40,154 bases of DNA from Candidatus Pacearchaeota archaeon (GTDB lineage Archaea > Nanobdellota > Nanobdellia > Pacearchaeales > GW2011-AR1). A model generated the notes under the pieces. The model saw only the letters and a list, made by a program, of their open reading frames with translations, made no database searches and was not told the DNA's origin. Where the stretch lies: the NCBI GenBank assembly GCA_050124795.1, contig JASFEO010000011.1, forward strand, positions 1-40,154, written 5' to 3'. Position 1 is the first letter of the stretch; each line of letters opens with the position of its first letter. Position numbers and translations under genes: made by a program. Positions 37,273 to 40,154 of the stretch are shown piece by piece.

Positions 37273-37279
37273 AAAATTA

Positions 37280-37597
37280 ATGGTAAAAGATGAAAGGGAA
37301 GAATATGAAAAGATTAAAGATAACACAGAAACAGGTTTTGAGACAACTACTGATAAAGGGCTTGTTCAGGTAATGGATTTTAAGTTACCTTCGTATTTTT
37401 CCCAAAATGATTTTACTGAGCAAACAAAAAAAATAGAAAGAGCCAAAATTGAGATGAATAGAAGACTGAGAGTTTCTATAGAGAGATTTAACAAACAATC
37501 TTCAGAACAATCAAATAGGATATTTTGGCTTACTATTGCTATGATTTTATTAGGGTTTGCTCAAACATTATTTTTAATCTATTCTATTTTTAAGTAA
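37280..37597 (+). CDS. Hypothetical protein with C-terminal TM helix
   Basis: Coiled coil followed by hydrophobic IFWLTIAMILLGFAQ. Confidence 0.7.
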   Translation: MVKDEREEYEKIKDNTETGFETTTDKGLVQVMDFKLPSYFSQNDFTEQTKKIERAKIEMNRRLRVSIERFNKQSSEQSNRIFWLTIAMILLGFAQTLFLIYSIFK

Positions 37598-37700
37598 TAA
37601 ACCAACCTTACTCTCAATCCAGCTCAGTACGAAAAGTAATTAATATCCGATAACTGTCCGAATAAGAAAAGTATAAATAATCTTTTTAGTTTAGAAAATT

Positions 37701-37835
37701 ATGGAAGAAAATTTTAAATGCCCTGATTGTAAGTCTTCCTTATTCCATGTTGAAATTTTGGGTAACGGAAGGTATTTGTTGAAATGTTACAAGACAAGAG
37801 AATGTGGTTGGAAGATTGAGTTAAAAGAAGAATAA
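37701..37835 (+). CDS. Small Zn-ribbon protein (44 aa, not in ORF track)
   Basis: MEENFKCPDCKSSLFHVEILGNGRYLLKCYKTRECGWKIELKEE*. Confidence 0.65.
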   Translation: MEENFKCPDCKSSLFHVEILGNGRYLLKCYKTRECGWKIELKEE

Positions 37836-37868
37836 AAAAATAAAAAATTATCTTCTCTTAAAACTTGA

Positions 37869-38021
37869 TTACAAGAGCAACCAAGCCAATTGAAGTCCAG
37901 CTCCGACAAGCACAAGCCAACCAGCTCCTGCTATTCCTAAAAGCATACCAACCCCTCCAAGAGCAATTGCAATTGCAGGTGGGCTTTTAGCCACAACTGA
38001 GACCATAGTATTAACAACCAT
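37869..38021 (-). CDS. Small Gly/Ala-rich hydrophobic peptide (50 aa, not in ORF track)
   Basis: MVVNTMVSVVAKSPPAIAIALGGVGMLLGIAGAGWLVLVGAGLQLAWLLL*; GAGGT RBS at 38031-35. Confidence 0.6.
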   Translation of the reverse strand: MVVNTMVSVVAKSPPAIAIALGGVGMLLGIAGAGWLVLVGAGLQLAWLLL

Positions 38022-38115
38022 GTTTAATTTACCTCATTTCAACTGGAACCTTTTGGAAAAGTATTTAAAGAAGTAACTTCTTTAGATTATAATATTGGGT
38101 TATAATCATACTTAT

Positions 38116-38147
38116 CTGAAGATGATAGATTCGTCTATCATCTTCGG
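38116..38147. other. Perfect 12-bp stem with TTCG tetraloop
   Basis: GAAGATGATAGA-TTCG-TCTATCATCTTC (38118-38145). Confidence 0.8.
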
Positions 38148-38244
38148 GGTTCTTTTGTTTTACAATAATTAATTGGTTTATATAATTTTTGCGAGAGCAT
38201 ATTTTACAAAAAATCTATAAATTAGCTTTTATTAAAGATTCATT

Positions 38245-38394
38245 ATGGCAAAAAAAGAAAGTATTTTGGATGAGATATTGAAAGCAGGTTTAATACTCGG
38301 TTCTATATGGCTTGGGGCAGAATTTTTAAAGAGTTTGTCAGAAGATAAAGAAGAAGGAGGGGATTATGGTGCAGGAACGCAACCTCCAGTTTAG
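38245..38394 (+). CDS. Small amphipathic/TM peptide (49 aa, not in ORF track)
   Basis: MAKKESILDEILKAGLILGSIWLGAEFLKSLSEDKEEGGDYGAGTQPPV*; TATA upstream; overlaps next ORF. Confidence 0.5.
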   Translation: MAKKESILDEILKAGLILGSIWLGAEFLKSLSEDKEEGGDYGAGTQPPV

Positions 38395-38599
38395 GTCAAC
38401 AAAAGCATTTATTGGTTTAATACTTTCTATGATTGCAACAGCGATTCCAGTTGTTCTCATAATCTCTATATTCATAACAAATGGATTTGTCCAAGTTATC
38501 TCTGTTTGCGGTTTATTACTTATCTTTGTAATCTTAGTTAATCGTGATTATAAAGAACTAAAATTATTGTGGAGTTCAGGAATTCATATAAGAAGATAA
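38366..38599 (+). CDS. Small 2-TM membrane protein
   Basis: GGAGG RBS; two hydrophobic helices. Confidence 0.65.
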   Translation: MVQERNLQFRSTKAFIGLILSMIATAIPVVLIISIFITNGFVQVISVCGLLLIFVILVNRDYKELKLLWSSGIHIRR

Positions 38600-38866
38600 A
38601 ATATCAATCTTACTCTCAATCCTATCAAGCTGTTCATTTCTCCTTAATCTTCTTCTTACAAATTCAGCAATACTTATCTTCTGTTCTTTTGCCTGTCTCT
38701 CAACTTTATTCATAAGTGAAGTTTCAAGCAATAAATGAAGATGTGAATTTTTCTTTTCAGTAATTGGTTTTTCATATCTCTCATTATCCTTAATTCTTCT
38801 TTCAACCAACTGACCAATTTCTTCCATCTGCACAATTAAATTATCCATTCTTTCTTCAAGTTCCAT
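38576..38866 (-). CDS. Ribbon-helix-helix-like DNA-binding protein
   Basis: HLHLLLETSL...V...AK....SIAEFVR. Confidence 0.65.
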   Translation of the reverse strand: MELEERMDNLIVQMEEIGQLVERRIKDNERYEKPITEKKNSHLHLLLETSLMNKVERQAKEQKISIAEFVRRRLRRNEQLDRIESKIDILSSYMNS

Positions 38867-38924
38867 TGTTTAGAAATGTTTAATAAGAAGAAATGAATTG
38901 TTGTTATGGAGTATATAGATTAAA

Positions 38925-39461
38925 ATGTTTGCAACAACTCCTAAGGAAATTAATGGAAAAATAACTGAATTTTGTAAAGAAATAGATTCTACAACAAAAC
39001 CTATCTTTGTAGAACTATTGCATGTTGAAGATTATATCTGTGGGGAATGTTATGGAAATGTAGATAATCATATTAGAAAACACGGAGGGGATATTCAGTA
39101 TGGGTGGATAATATGGGAACATCCTGATGTTTTACTTGATGCAGAATTTCATGCAGTATGGGTTGATGATAAAGGGGAATATATTGATGTAACTCCAAAA
39201 GTTGATGGTGAAAAAAAGATATTATTTCTCCCAGATAGTAAAAGAGTCTTTACAGGAGAGGAGTTGATTGACAACATCAGAAAACCCCTTGTAGATAATG
39301 ATTATACAAAACTTATAATTAAAACATCCAGGGATGGCTTTGAAATGAAGAATAAAGCATACAAGGAATTTCTCAAACCTAAGAAAAGGAAAATTGGAGT
39401 AAATGAACCTTGTCCTTGTGGAAGTGGTAAGAAGTATAAAAAATGTTGTAGGACTCTTTAA
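38925..39461 (+). CDS. SEC-C motif protein with possible Cys-His-Asp (papain/transglutaminase-like) core
   Basis: EC..NV, GW.IW, AEFHAVW, IDVTP; C-terminal NEPCPCGSGKKYKKCC. Confidence 0.85.
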   Translation: MFATTPKEINGKITEFCKEIDSTTKPIFVELLHVEDYICGECYGNVDNHIRKHGGDIQYGWIIWEHPDVLLDAEFHAVWVDDKGEYIDVTPKVDGEKKILFLPDSKRVFTGEELIDNIRKPLVDNDYTKLIIKTSRDGFEMKNKAYKEFLKPKKRKIGVNEPCPCGSGKKYKKCCRTL

Positions 39462-39636
39462 TTAAACTTTTTACACAGAAGCTACTTTATACACAAAGCC
39501 GATTTTTTGTTGTGTTGAAAACCTCTTGGTATATGAAATTTATTATGGTGAATTCCCTTGCAAAATATTTCGGATTAATTTCTCAGATTTTTCTTGTTTT
39601 AATATATCTAAAATTTTTTGGCCTGGCTGATTCAAC

Positions 39637-39804
39637 TTACTTACTGATTGCATTAACAGGGCAGGATTTAATAGCTTCATCCACGCATGGCAAATCTTTT
39701 TGTTCCTTTACATGTGACTTGCCATCTTTAACTTCAAAAACTTCAGAGCAAATCTGTCCGCAGGTTCCGCAGCCAATACACTTCTCTTTGTCTACTTTTA
39801 CCAT
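39637..39804 (-). CDS. Monocluster ferredoxin (55 aa, not in ORF track)
   Basis: MVKVDKEKCIGCGTCGQICSEVF...CVDEAIKSCPVNAISK*. Confidence 0.92.
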   Translation of the reverse strand: MVKVDKEKCIGCGTCGQICSEVFEVKDGKSHVKEQKDLPCVDEAIKSCPVNAISK

Positions 39805-39854
39805 AAATAAGTTTAAGAAAAAAAGATTTAATAATGTTTTGGAAATTTTTTAAA

Positions 39855-40019
39855 TTATTTTATTGCATCAACAGGGCAGGCTTCAATTGCTTCTTTAACG
39901 CAATCGTCGTCTTTCTGCTCTTTTATTTTTGCTATGCTGTCTTTCATTTCAAAAACTTCAGGGCAAATGTGTTCGCAGGTTCCGCAGCCAATGCATAAAT
40001 CTTCATCTACTTTTACCAT
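39855..40019 (-). CDS. Monocluster ferredoxin (54 aa, not in ORF track)
   Basis: MVKVDEDLCIGCGTCEHICPEVF...CVKEAIEACPVDAIK*. Confidence 0.92.
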   Translation of the reverse strand: MVKVDEDLCIGCGTCEHICPEVFEMKDSIAKIKEQKDDDCVKEAIEACPVDAIK

Positions 40020-40154
40020 TGAGGTTTTAAGAAAAAATGGTTTAAGAATGTTTTGGATAAGTGATTTAGTGTGTTCAGAAGAGACATATGTCGTAAGGAA
40101 CCGAAAATTAGTTCGCAGGTGAAATCCTGCGAAATTGATGAAAAAAGAATTAAT

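Larger units (their letters stand above)
31398..39500. mobile_element. 8.1-kb cargo-carrying DDE transposon
   Basis: TIRs GACTTTGTGTAGAAAGT (31398-414) and ACTTTATACACAAAGCC (39484-500), 15/17 match; flanks GATTTTTTA/GATTTTTTG; inner ACTTTTTACACAG at 31429-41 and 39466-78; internal transposase. Confidence 0.85.

Noticed and set aside
37607-38622. 14-bp direct repeat CTTACTCTCAATCC near 37607 and 38609
   Set aside because: One copy is inside a coding region and no boundary logic is evident; may be chance or an old relic.
39512-40122. ORFs 39512-39853 and 39934-40122 (+)
   Set aside because: Antisense shadows of the two ferredoxin genes.

Overview
AT-rich archaeal chromosomal DNA. The gene set points to a DPANN archaeon, most resembling Pacearchaeota/Woesearchaeota (inference): TFB, rpS8e, rpS17e, Sm, RNase Z, a short EndA, archaeal GlyRS and LeuRS, a KKAQ-type class III signal peptide protein and intron-containing tRNAs. 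Main points of interest: (1) a candidate RiPP-like cluster at about 21.2-25.5 kb, with a 4x28-aa tandem-repeat precursor-like ORF overlapping a radical SAM gene and a GNAT gene, next to two regulators with visible operator repeats; (2) an 8.1-kb cargo-carrying transposon (31398-39500) with 17-bp TIRs, a near-perfect 9-bp TSD and one SWIM-DDE transposase coupled to a Type IIB-like RM + GxxExxY + HEPN operon; (3) two 100-135-bp elements directly behind tRNA-Leu and tRNA-Cys that share a covarying hairpin core and end in a degenerate copy of the host tRNA 3' end; (4) a 2079-aa secreted protein with a C-terminal lytic-transglycosylase-like domain; (5) a LAGLIDADG ORF that runs into a tRNA-Leu and stops inside its non-canonical 30/31 intron. 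All calls come from reading motifs by eye; no database searches were run.
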